From contig CAVWWR010000003.1 of assembly GCA_963758765.1 (NCBI GenBank), positions 1,046,939 to 1,110,938 of the forward strand: a DNA stretch of 64,000 nucleotides, in the 5' to 3' direction. A model generated the notes under the pieces. It searched no databases and was not told where the DNA came from. It saw nothing but the letters and a program-made list of their open reading frames with translations. The DNA comes from an uncultured Acidimicrobiales bacterium. GTDB taxonomy: Bacteria; Actinomycetota; Acidimicrobiia; Acidimicrobiales; UBA8190. Made by a program: the position numbers and the translations under genes. Shown here piece after piece: positions 30,698-39,452 of this stretch. How positions within the stretch are numbered: position 1 is the stretch's first letter; every line of letters starts with the position of its first letter.

Positions 30698-31223
30698 CCG
30701 TTCCACGCTGGTAGTGGAGGCCCGGTCGAACATCGGGCCCATTGCCTTCGGCACTACTGGGCTCTCGGGTTGGGTCGAGGCGACGTTCTGCAACGGTCTC
30801 GTCGTCGACGAGCCGCCACCGGAGGGGTCCATCGAGGTGAGGGTGGGTGGGCTCACCTCGGGCAACGCCCTGTACGACACGGAGCTGCTGCGTCGGGTTG
30901 ATGCCCGGCGCTTTCCCATCGTGACCGTGGAGCTCAAGGCAACCAGCCGGATGGGCGAAGGGAACTGCTACCGCGTCGATGGCGATGTCACCACGCACGG
31001 AGTCACCCGGACTCTCCAGGGCGTGGTGACGGCAACCTTGCTCGAGGCCCAGGGCAGGCCTTCGAGCGGCCCGCTGTCGGGCCATCGTCTCGTCGTGGGC
31101 GGGGAGTATGTGCTCGACGTACGGGAGTTCGAGATGGCCGTGCCCACCATGCTGGGTTTCAAGATCTACCCCGACGTCCGTCTCCATCTCCATATCGAGG
31201 CATCGGGGCGCGTGACCGGCTGA
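30657..31223 (+). CDS. YceI-like (lipid/polyisoprenoid-binding fold) protein, copy 1, no signal peptide
   Basis: GTG start giving VATTRRVRFDVLGDRSTLVVEARS... Motifs LTSGNALYDTELLRRVDARRFPIV and YRVDGDVTTHGVTRTL are YceI-like and paralogous to 38211..38735. Confidence 0.7.
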   Translation: MATTRRVRFDVLGDRSTLVVEARSNIGPIAFGTTGLSGWVEATFCNGLVVDEPPPEGSIEVRVGGLTSGNALYDTELLRRVDARRFPIVTVELKATSRMGEGNCYRVDGDVTTHGVTRTLQGVVTATLLEAQGRPSSGPLSGHRLVVGGEYVLDVREFEMAVPTMLGFKIYPDVRLHLHIEASGRVTG

Positions 31224-31242
31224 CCGGCGCCGGCCGCCGTGT

Positions 31243-31283
31243 AGCGGGAATCGGATAGGTAGAAAACACACTCATTTCCCGCT
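31243..31283 (+). promoter_or_regulatory. inverted repeat in the AT-richer spacer upstream of hhyS (candidate operator/promoter, or weak terminator of the PadR-YceI unit)
   Basis: AGCGGGAA (31243-31250) and TTCCCGCT (31276-31283) flank the locally AT-rich TCGGATAGGTAGAAAACACACTCAT. The element sits in the 170-bp gap before the hhyS GTG (31394; RBS GGGAGG). Confidence 0.25.
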
Positions 31284-31393
31284 CGCAGTGGTTGGTATAG
31301 ACAAGTTCTTGGAGTCACGCGGGGAAGCGCGCGCGCTCAGCGACGTCTCGTGCCATTGGCGCCTTTCCGTGCCGGCGAGCAGGGAGGTAGGCG

Positions 31394-32447
31394 GTGACGG
31401 TGGATGCCCCAACCGAAGAGGCAGTCGTCCACGTTCTGTGGATAAATGCCGGTTTGAGCTGCGACGGGGACTCGGTGGCCCTGACGGCTGCGACCCAGCC
31501 GAGCATCGAGGAGATCGCTCTCGGGGCCCTGCCGGGCCTTCCCAAGATCGCTGTGCACTGGCCGCTGATCGACTTCGAATGCGGCCCGGTTGGCGGCGCC
31601 GACGACTTCATCGAGTGGTTCTTCAAAGCTGACCGAGGTGAGCTCGACCCCTTCGTCTTGGTCATCGAGGGATCGATTCCCAACGAAGCGATCAAGCGGG
31701 AGGGCTACTGGTGCGGCTTCGGGAACAACCCCGCCACCGACCAGCCCATGACGACCAGCGAATGGCTGGACCGGCTGGCTCCCAAGGCCCTCGTCGTGCT
31801 GTGTGCGGGGACCTGTGCCTGCTACGGCGGCATCCACGCCATGGCGGGGAATCCGACGGGAGCCATGGGGGTGCCCGACTATCTGGGCTGGGGTTGGAAG
31901 TCCAAGGCGGGCATCCCGATCGTTTGTGTTCCGGGATGCCCGACCCATCCCGACAACTTGTCGGAGACGATCCTCTACCTGCTCTACCAGGCCACCGGCC
32001 AGGCCCCGATGATCCCCCTCGACGAATCGCTTGCGGCCCCAGTGGCTCTTCGGTCAGACCGTGCACGAAGGTTGTGACCGAGCCGGCTACTACGAGCAGG
32101 GGCAGTTTGCCGCCGAGTACGGATCTCCCAAGTGCATCGTCAAGCTCGGATGCTGGGGACCGGTCGTCAAGTGCAACGTTCCCAAGCGAGGGTGGATCAA
32201 CGGCGTCGGTGGATGTCCGAACGTCGGTGGCATCTGCATCGGGTGCACCATGCCCGGGTTCCCGGACAAGTTCATGCCGTTCATGGACGAGCCGCCCGGA
32301 GCCCGGGTCTCCACCACGGCCAGCGGCCTGTACGGCGGAGCCATCAGGGCGCTGCGCAGAATCACCGCCCACACCCTCGAGGACGAGCCGAAGTGGCGAT
32401 CGCCGGGCCGGGAATTGTTGACGGGCTACAGGGAAACGTGGAGGTAA
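31394..32447 (+). CDS. hhyS: [NiFe]-hydrogenase small subunit, group 1h (Hhy type), apparent frameshift ~32030
   Basis: No Tat signal. VLWINAGLSCDGDSVAL..., CAGTCACYGGIHA, VPGCPTHPD. The second frame then continues LRPQWLFGQTVHEGCDRAGYYEQG...KLGCWGPVVKCNV...CIGCTMPGFPDKF. The two ORFs (31394..32077, 32031..32447) are colinear with one small subunit. Confidence 0.9.
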
Positions 32448-32451
32448 GGAG

Positions 32452-34240
32452 ATGGCCACCAAGAAACTCACCGAAGATGCCAACGGCCTGGTGGAGATGG
32501 CGTGGGATCCGATCACACGAATCGTCGGCAGTCTGGGCATCTACACCAAGATCGACTTCGGGAAGGGCAAGGTTGCCGAATGCCACAGCACTTCGTCGAT
32601 CTTCCGGGGCTACAGCATCTTCATGAAGGGTAAGGATCCCCGCGACGCCCACTTCATCACCAGCCGAATCTGTGGCATCTGCGGGGACAATCACGCCACT
32701 TGCTCCTGCTACGCCCAGAACATGGCCTACGGCGTCACGCCTCCGGCCTTGGGCGAGCAGATCGTCAACCTGGGCGAGGCGGCCGAGTACATGTTCGACC
32801 ACAACATCTTCCAGGAGAACCTGGTCGGCGTGGACTTCTGCGAGAAGATGGTGGCCGAGACGAACCCCGGGGTGCTCGAGCAGGCCAATCGCACCGAGTC
32901 TCCCCACGCCGCAGACCACGGCTACAAGACCATCGGCGACATCATGCGGTCACTGAACCCCTTCTCGGGCGAGTTCTACCGCGAGGCGCTCCAGGTGAGC
33001 CGGTACACCCGGGAGATGTTCTGCCTCATGGAGGGTCGGCACGTGCATCCCTCGACGCTGTATCCCGGCGGCGTGGGCACCACAGCGACCATCCAGCTGT
33101 TCACCGACTACTACATCCGGCTCATGCGCTACGTGGAGTTCATGAAGCGGGTGGTCCCGATGCACGACGACCTCTTCGATTTCTTCTACCAGGCGCTGCC
33201 CGGTTACGAGGAGGTGGGCCGACGCCGCATGCTGCTCGGCTGTTGGGGTGCGTTCCAGGACCCGGCAGTGTGCAACTTCAATTACCGCGATATGACCCGA
33301 TGGGGTCGGGCGATGGGGGTCACGCCCGGGAGTGGTCGTCGACGGAAAGCTCGTCACGAACGACCTGGTCGAGATCAATCTCGGGATCCGCATCCTGCTT
33401 GGGCACTCCTTCTATGACGACTGGGAGGACCAGGAGATGTTCGTGACCCACGATCCTCTGGGAAACCCGGTCGACCGCCGCCACCCGTGGAATCAGCACA
33501 CCAATCCCCAGCCGCAAAAGCGAGACTTCGACGGCAAGTACAGCTGGGTCATGGCCCCCCGCTGGTTCGACGGGAAGGACCACCTGGCTCTTGACACCGG
33601 CGGGGGACCTCTTGCTCGACTGTGGTCCACGGCGCTGTCTGGTCTCGTCAACACCGAGCACCTCAATGCCACGGGCAACAGCGTGGTCATCAATCTTCCC
33701 CGGACGACGCTCAAGCCCGAGGTCACCTTCGAGTGGAAGATCCCGCAGTGGTCCAACACCATCGAGCGGGATCGGGCCCGGACCTACTTCCAGGCCTACG
33801 CCGCCGCCGCCGCTCTCGACTTCATCGAGAAAGCCTTGGCCGATGTGCGTGCCGGCAAGACCAAGACCTGGGAGCCCTTCGATGTGCCTGATGAGGGCAT
33901 CGGCTGTGGCTTCACCGAGGCGGTCCGAGGTGTGCTGTCGCATCATATGGTGGTCAAGGGAGGAAAGATCGCCAACTACCACCCGTATCCGCCGACGCCT
34001 TGGAATGCGAACCCACGGGACTTCTACGGGACGCCGGGGCCCTATGAGGACGCCGTGATCGATAGCCCCATCTTCGAGGAGAACACCCGAGAGAAGTTCA
34101 AGGGCATCGATATCATGCGCTCCGTTCGGAGCTTCGACCCCTGTCTGCCCTGCGGAGTGCACATGTACCTCGGAAAGGGCAAGGTCTTGAAGAAGTTGCA
34201 CTCACCTACCCAGGTGGCCCATCCCGACCTGGCCGACTGA
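32452..34240 (+). CDS. hhyL: [NiFe]-hydrogenase large subunit, group 1h (Hhy type), apparent frameshift ~33331
   Basis: N-terminal Ni-Fe ligand motif TSRICGICGDNH and C-terminal SFDPCLPCGVH. ORF 32452..33417 (...GRAMGVTPG) continues in ORF 33332..34240 (VVVDGKLVTNDLVEINLGIRILLG...). Combined length is about 596 aa. RBS GGAGGTAAGGAG. Confidence 0.9.
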
Positions 34241-34282
34241 GCGAACGAGGGACAGCGATGCCCGCACCCCCAGGACCTCAGG

Positions 34283-34811
34283 GTGACCGGTGACCGCATC
34301 GAGCAGCTGCTGGACGAGTTGCGCTCGATCTGCCGACCCGCGGTCGTGCGGGCTGGCTGAAGAGCTGCTGCGCCTCGTTTCCGAGCTCTACGGTGCGGGC
34401 ATCGGCCGAGTGGTGGCCCTGGCAGAGGAGCGAGCCCCGGACCTCCTTGACGCCTTTGTCGAGGACGATCTGGTCGCCAGCCTCCTCCTCGTGCTGGGGT
34501 TGCATCCCAAGCCTCTCGAAACCCGTGTGGCCGACGCACTCCAGGAGGTCCGGCCATTTCTGGCTTCGCATGCGGGCGGCGTCGAGCTACTCGGTGTCGA
34601 TGCCGAGGCTGGCGTCGTGCACTTGCGACTGCTCGGCAGCTGCGACGGGTGCCCCTCGTCTGCGGTAACGCTCCAGATGGCCGTCGAGCGGGCGATCGTG
34701 GAAGCGGCGCCCGAGATCATCCGCATCGACGTCGACGCGCCCTTCGGCTACCGCGCCTGGTGTGCCGGTGGCGCTGAGCGTCAAGCCCAAGTACACGGTA
34801 TGCCCCGCTGA
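34283..34811 (+). CDS. NifU-like Fe-S domain protein of the hydrogenase operon (possibly the HhyE-type FeS protein), probable N-terminal frameshift 34330-34356
   Basis: LLGSCDGCPSSAVTLQMAVERAI is a NifU C-terminal domain motif. The upstream frame from GTG 34283 reads VTGDRIEQLLDELRSI..., which is more protein-like than the listed N-terminus MTASSSCWTSC. Confidence 0.75.
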
Positions 34812-34823
34812 TGTGGCCCGCGC

Positions 34824-35447
34824 ATGAACAATCCGCTGGCCGTGTTGCAGGCGATTCGGGAAACTCGTCCGCGTCAAGCGGATCGGGCGGGGGAGCGCTG
34901 CGAGCTCTGCTCGGAGCCGATCGCCGATGAACATGGACACCTCGTCGATCTAGACGCCCGCAACCTCATGTGTGCGTGTCGGGGCTGTTACCTGCTGTTC
35001 ACGTCCGAGGGGGCCGGAGGTCTGCGCTATCGGGCCGTTCCAGATCGCTATCTCTGGCTCCCAGACCTCCGGCTGTCCCCCGAGCAATGGGACTCGTTGC
35101 AGATCCCGGTCAGCGTCGCCTTCTTCTTCCTCAACTCTTCGCTGGGCCGTGTCGCCGCCTTCTATCCGGGACCTGCCGGCGCCACGGAGTCCGAACTTCC
35201 CTTGGACACCTGGGCGGATGTGGTGGCCGGCCATCCGGAATTGGCCACCGTCGAGCCTGATGTGGAGGCATTTCTCGTGCGCGCCAAGCCGAATCGAGGT
35301 GGGGCGGAGTGCTACGTGGTCCCGATCGACGCCTGCTACGAACTGGTCGGACACCTGCGCCGCTTGTGGCGCGGGTTCGACGGCGGTCGAGAGGCTCATG
35401 AGAAGCTCGATTCCTTCTTTGCCGCTGTGCAAGCCAAGGCCCGATGA
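34824..35447 (+). CDS. conserved hydrogenase-cluster protein of unknown function (DUF5947-like) with a CxxC...CxCxxC motif
   Basis: 207 aa. ERCELCSEPIADEHGHLVDLDARNLMCACRGCYLLF. Its stop overlaps the next start (ATGA at 35444-35447). Confidence 0.8.
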   Translation: MNNPLAVLQAIRETRPRQADRAGERCELCSEPIADEHGHLVDLDARNLMCACRGCYLLFTSEGAGGLRYRAVPDRYLWLPDLRLSPEQWDSLQIPVSVAFFFLNSSLGRVAAFYPGPAGATESELPLDTWADVVAGHPELATVEPDVEAFLVRAKPNRGGAECYVVPIDACYELVGHLRRLWRGFDGGREAHEKLDSFFAAVQAKAR

Positions 35448-36085
35448 CCGCGCTCGTCTTCGACGTGGTGGCATGCCGCTCCGAGCCACACGCAGCGGTG
35501 CCCACGATCATGCTGCGACTGCGAGCGGCTGAGATGGACGGCGGTGCCGTCCATGCGCTGGCTCTGCGGTGCCAGATACGAATAGAGCCTCAACGGCGGC
35601 GCTATACATCCGAAGAAGAAGGCCGCATGTATGAGCTGTTCGGCGAGACACCCCTTTGGGGTGACTCGCTGCGCCCCTTCCTATGGACACACGTGTCGAC
35701 CATGATTGCCGGATTTCAAGGTTCGACGGAAGTCGACCTGCCCCTCGAGTGCACATACGACTTTGAGGTTGCCGCAGCCAAGTATCTGCATGCATTGTCC
35801 GACGGAGATATTCCGCTGCTCCTGCTGTTCTCGGGAACCGTCTTCACCCGTGGCTCGTCGGGCTTTTCGGCTGAGCCTCTTTCGTGGGCCCTGGAGGCGT
35901 CCTATCGGATGCCGGTGACGGTATGGCGCGACGTGATGGACATGTACTTCCCGAACAGCGGCTGGTTGCGGGTCAGACGCGACACCCTCGATGAGCTGCA
36001 GCGCTATAAGGCATCTCGGGCTCTCCCCACATGGGACCAGGCGTTCGAGCAGCTCCTCCAGGAGGCCCGGGAGGACTCGCCATGA
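35444..36085 (+). CDS. conserved hydrogenase-cluster protein of unknown function (DUF6084-like)
   Basis: 213 aa and protein-like. ATGA overlaps at both ends (35444, 36082). Family name recalled, not searched. Confidence 0.8.
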   Translation: MTALVFDVVACRSEPHAAVPTIMLRLRAAEMDGGAVHALALRCQIRIEPQRRRYTSEEEGRMYELFGETPLWGDSLRPFLWTHVSTMIAGFQGSTEVDLPLECTYDFEVAAAKYLHALSDGDIPLLLLFSGTVFTRGSSGFSAEPLSWALEASYRMPVTVWRDVMDMYFPNSGWLRVRRDTLDELQRYKASRALPTWDQAFEQLLQEAREDSP

Positions 36086-37491
36086 GCTCGACCGAAGTCG
36101 ACCGGTTCGCGGCGGCACGCTCCGTCGCCGATGCCGTGCTCTACGAAGGGTACGTGCTCTACCCGTACCGGGCGTCGTCCCGTAAGAACCAGCTTCGATG
36201 GCCGTTCGGTGTCCTGGTCCCCCGGGCCTCCAGCGACGTGGAGGGATCGGAGCGATGGTCCATGCGTACCGAATGCCTGGTCGAACCCGGACCGGAGTCC
36301 GCCATCGACATAAGGATCCGCTTCCTCCGAGTCCAACACCGCACCGTGGAGGCACTTGTGGCTTCCGGCAGCCCACCTGAGGAGGATGGCACGTTCCTGC
36401 CTGTCGAGCAGCTCACCGTGGGCGACGCCATGTACGTGGAGTGGGATGAGGCGCTCGACCAGGTCGTCGACATGAAGGCCCTACCTTTGTCGGTGGATGA
36501 AGACGGACGCCACGACGAGGTATTCGAGCTCAGCGGCGGGACCGACACCGAGTTGATTCGGTCCGACGACGAAGTGATCGTCGGTCGGATCGTGCGTACC
36601 CACGAACCGGTGGAAGGGCGCATCCGCGTCGAGACCAGCAAGGTCCGTGACGGCCGTCCGCTCATCAAGGTCGCGGTGACGGTGCAGAACGCGACGAGGT
36701 GGGCCGCCACCAGCGCCCGGCGCGACGAGGTATTGCGTCACTCCCTTGTTGCTGTGCACACCATGCTGGCCGTCAACGGGGGAGCGTTCGTATCGCTCCT
36801 CGATCCTCCCCCCGACGCTCGCCAAGCGGTGGATGGATGTCGCAACGACGGGGCCTTTCCCGTGTTGATCGGCGCAGACGACGTCGTACTGTCGTCGCCC
36901 ATCATCCTCTACGATCATCCGGAGGTCGCACCCGAGAGCCCCGGTGATCTCTACGACGCCACCGAGATCGACGAGATCCTCGCGCTTCGAGTGCTGACGT
37001 TGACCGATGAGGAGAAAGTCGAGGCTCGCGGCACCGATCAGCGTTCTGCCGCCATCATCGACCGCTGCGACGACATGTCACCGGAAACGTGGGACCGGCT
37101 TCACGGTTCCATGCGCGCGCTTCCCACCCTTGCCGCGGCCGAGGTCGCGTCGGACGCCATGCACGTAGATCTCAACGTTCCGTGGTGGGATCCGGAGGTC
37201 GACGCCTCGGTCGACCCATGGACCGACTCCGTGACGATTGCCGGCATCGATGTCACCAAGGGGGCCGCCGTACGTTTGCGGCCGTCGCGGCGTTCCGATG
37301 CCCAGGATCTGTTCCTCGTCGGCCTGCGCGCCACAGTGGCCGGGGTTTTCACCGATGTCGACGGGAACGACCACGTAGCCGTCACCATCGATGACGACCC
37401 TGCCGCCGAGGAACTTCTTTGGCAGGGTCGGTACCTGTTCTTCCACCCCGACGAGATTGAACCCCTCGTCGGACAGGACGGGGCCCGATGA
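36082..37491 (+). CDS. conserved ~469-aa hydrogenase-cluster protein of unknown function
   Basis: Start at ATG 36082 (MSSTEVDRFAAARSVADAVLYEGYVLYPYRASS...), inside ORF 36031..37491. ATGA overlap with the protease gene at 37488. Acidic, with few Cys. Confidence 0.8.
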   Translation: MSSTEVDRFAAARSVADAVLYEGYVLYPYRASSRKNQLRWPFGVLVPRASSDVEGSERWSMRTECLVEPGPESAIDIRIRFLRVQHRTVEALVASGSPPEEDGTFLPVEQLTVGDAMYVEWDEALDQVVDMKALPLSVDEDGRHDEVFELSGGTDTELIRSDDEVIVGRIVRTHEPVEGRIRVETSKVRDGRPLIKVAVTVQNATRWAATSARRDEVLRHSLVAVHTMLAVNGGAFVSLLDPPPDARQAVDGCRNDGAFPVLIGADDVVLSSPIILYDHPEVAPESPGDLYDATEIDEILALRVLTLTDEEKVEARGTDQRSAAIIDRCDDMSPETWDRLHGSMRALPTLAAAEVASDAMHVDLNVPWWDPEVDASVDPWTDSVTIAGIDVTKGAAVRLRPSRRSDAQDLFLVGLRATVAGVFTDVDGNDHVAVTIDDDPAAEELLWQGRYLFFHPDEIEPLVGQDGAR

Positions 37492-37984
37492 GCCCCGGCG
37501 TGCTAGTGGCCGGCATCGGCAATATCTTCTTGAGCGACGATGGATTCGGTGTCGAAGTCGCCAACAGCCTGGCCGCTCGATCCCTCCCGCCCGGGGTTCG
37601 GGTCAGTGATTTCGGGATTCGCGGCGTCCACCTGGCCTACGAGTTGCTCGACGGCTACGAAGGGCTCGTATTGATCGATGCCGTCCCCTTGGGTGAGGAG
37701 CCGGGCACCCTCGTGGTCATCGAACCCGACGCCGACGGCTCGTTCACGGCGCCCGACGAGGCCGCTGCGATCATCGATGCCCACAGCATGAGTCCCAGTG
37801 TCGTGCTCGGTACGTTGGGTCGACTGGGGGGGACATCGGATGGACCATGGTCGTGGGCTGCCAGCCTGCGTGCCTCGAGGAGGGGATAGGTCTTTCCCCG
37901 CCCGTGGCAGCAGCCGTCCCGAGGGCGGTCGAGCTGTGCCTCCAACTCGTTGCCGATGTCGTGCAACCGGTGGAAAGGGGATGA
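37488..37984 (+). CDS. hupD: hydrogenase maturation endopeptidase (HybD/HupD family), apparent frameshift in the G7 run 37826-37832
   Basis: VLVAGIGNIFLSDDGFGVEV...LIDAV...DAHSMSP. After the G run the third frame reads IGWTMVVGCQPACLEEGIGLSPPVAAAVPRAVELCLQL..., the canonical C-terminus. TGA at 37982-37984. Confidence 0.85.
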
Positions 37985-37987
37985 CCG

Positions 37988-38092
37988 ATGATCTTTCGGA
38001 TCGTCAAGACGGTGGTTCTTGCCTTGGGAGTCGGGCTTGTCGTGAAGGCGGTTCCCGATATCGCTCGATATCTCAAGATCAGGTCGATGTGA
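37988..38092 (+). CDS. 34-aa single-TM micro-protein (DUF6893-like), absent from the ORF track
   Basis: ATG 37988 lies 4 nt after the protease stop. MIFRIVKTVVLALGVGLVVKAVPDIARYLKIRSM has one TM helix and a basic PDIxRYLKI tail. Below the 60-aa cut-off of the track. Confidence 0.55.
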   Translation: MIFRIVKTVVLALGVGLVVKAVPDIARYLKIRSM

Positions 38093-38210
38093 GATGGAAG
38101 GAGTACGCGGCTCCGGGTGCGGTCGACGCCGGTCCCGTTCCAGGAGTCGTCGTGGTCGTTGCATCGGCCTCGGACATCTCCCTTGGCTCGATTCGGGGTC
38201 AGTAGCACCT

Positions 38211-38735
38211 GTGGCGCGCTACCGAATCGTCCCGGAGCACTCGCACGTCATATTCGACGGGCGCTCCACCCTCCACCCCATCCACTCGAGCACCGATGGG
38301 CTCGAGGGCTTCGTCGATCTCGAGCTCAAGCCCGACGGCGAGGTGGACCTGACGAAGAAGCCTCTGGGACAGCTATCCCTGCAGGTCAGGCGCCTTTCGT
38401 CCGGAAACGTCTTGGAGGACCGCGAGCTGCAAAGACGCCTCGATGCGCGGCGGTATCCGACCATCGAGGGCGTCATAGGACAGATGGGTCGATCAGGCGA
38501 TGACGGGACCTACCGAGTCAGCGGTGACATCACGGTCCGGGGTGTCGTCCGCCACCACGAAGATCAGATGACGATCGTCTCTGTCGACCCGCAGACCATC
38601 CAGCTTTCGGGTCATTCGCGCTTCGACATCCGTGATTTCGGGATGGAGCCCCCCCGCCTGCTGATGCTGAAGGTCGAGCCCGAAGTCGAGGTGCGGGTTG
38701 AGATCCTCGCCGTCAAGGAGGGTGACGATGCATGA
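38211..38735 (+). CDS. YceI-like protein, copy 2, no signal peptide
   Basis: GTG 38211 gives VARYRIVPEHSHVIFDGRSTLHPI... LSSGNVLEDRELQRRLDARRYPTI and YRVSGDITVRGVVRH parallel copy 1. The upstream part of ORF 38094.. is Arg-rich junk. Confidence 0.7.
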   Translation: MARYRIVPEHSHVIFDGRSTLHPIHSSTDGLEGFVDLELKPDGEVDLTKKPLGQLSLQVRRLSSGNVLEDRELQRRLDARRYPTIEGVIGQMGRSGDDGTYRVSGDITVRGVVRHHEDQMTIVSVDPQTIQLSGHSRFDIRDFGMEPPRLLMLKVEPEVEVRVEILAVKEGDDA

Positions 38736-39060
38736 GCTCGGTCTGTGCACCTCGATCGTCGAAGCGATCGAGAGACGTGCCGGGGAACGGTCCGTCGCAC
38801 ACGTGCGCGTGCGCGTGGGAAGGCTCCTTCACGTGCACCCTGAGGCGTTCGATCAATCCTTCGCAGTGGCGGCGATGGGGACCGTCGCCGAGTCGGCCGC
38901 TACCGAGCTCGTGCTGCTGCCGGTTCAGGCTCGCTGTTGTAGTTGCGACACGGTGTGGGCGTGCAACGAAATGCCGCTGGCCTGCTCCGAGTGCGGCTCG
39001 GTGGATATCGAACTGGTGGGCGGTGACGAGTTGGTGCTCGAGTCGATCGAATATCGCTGA
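38728..39060 (+). CDS. hypA: hydrogenase nickel-insertion protein HypA
   Basis: MHELGLCTSIVEAI N-terminus and zinc site CCSCDT...CSECGS. Overlaps the preceding gene by 8 nt. Confidence 0.9.
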   Translation: MHELGLCTSIVEAIERRAGERSVAHVRVRVGRLLHVHPEAFDQSFAVAAMGTVAESAATELVLLPVQARCCSCDTVWACNEMPLACSECGSVDIELVGGDELVLESIEYR

Positions 39061-39071
39061 GGGAGATCGCC

Positions 39072-39353
39072 ATGTGTCTGGGGATACCGGGCCAACTGAA
39101 AGAACTCGTCGACGCCCACGAGCACCTGGCTCGAGTCGATGTCGCCGGGGTGACTCGGACCATCAATATCGGGCTGCTCGAGGACCAAGCCCTCACACCC
39201 GGTGACTGGGTCTTGATCCACGTCGGATTCGCCATGTCGAAGATAGACGAGGAGGAAGCCAGCCTGGCCCTGGCCTCGTTGCAGCTCATGGGTCAGGCCT
39301 ACGACGACGAGTTGGAGGCGTTCTGGACCTCCAAGATCGCCAGTGCCACGTAA
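39072..39353 (+). CDS. hypC: hydrogenase assembly chaperone HypC/HupF family
   Basis: MCLGIPGQLKELVD... N-terminal Cys motif and ...GDWVLIHVGFAMSKIDEEEA. Confidence 0.9.
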   Translation: MCLGIPGQLKELVDAHEHLARVDVAGVTRTINIGLLEDQALTPGDWVLIHVGFAMSKIDEEEASLALASLQLMGQAYDDELEAFWTSKIASAT

Positions 39354-39452
39354 GGAGGTCGACATGAGGACCGTCGGGGGCATCATGATTGGCTCCACCC
39401 TCGGTCCCCTCGCCGGCGACAAGTTCTGTCGGCCTGAATAGGGGGTCGGAAT

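Noticed and set aside
31394-31480. A Tat signal peptide on the hydrogenase small subunit.
   Set aside because: No RRxFxK motif or hydrophobic h-region precedes the first FeS-cluster motif. This absence is expected for group 1h enzymes.
38094-38210. The ATG at 38094 as the start of the second YceI-like gene, and an alternative 38-codon GTG ORF at 38090 in another frame.
   Set aside because: The encoded N-terminal extension (MEGVRGSGCGRRRSRSRSRRGRC...) is Arg/Ser/Gly low-complexity sequence and has no counterpart in the paralogue. GTG 38211 gives an N-terminus parallel to copy 1. The start remains uncertain.
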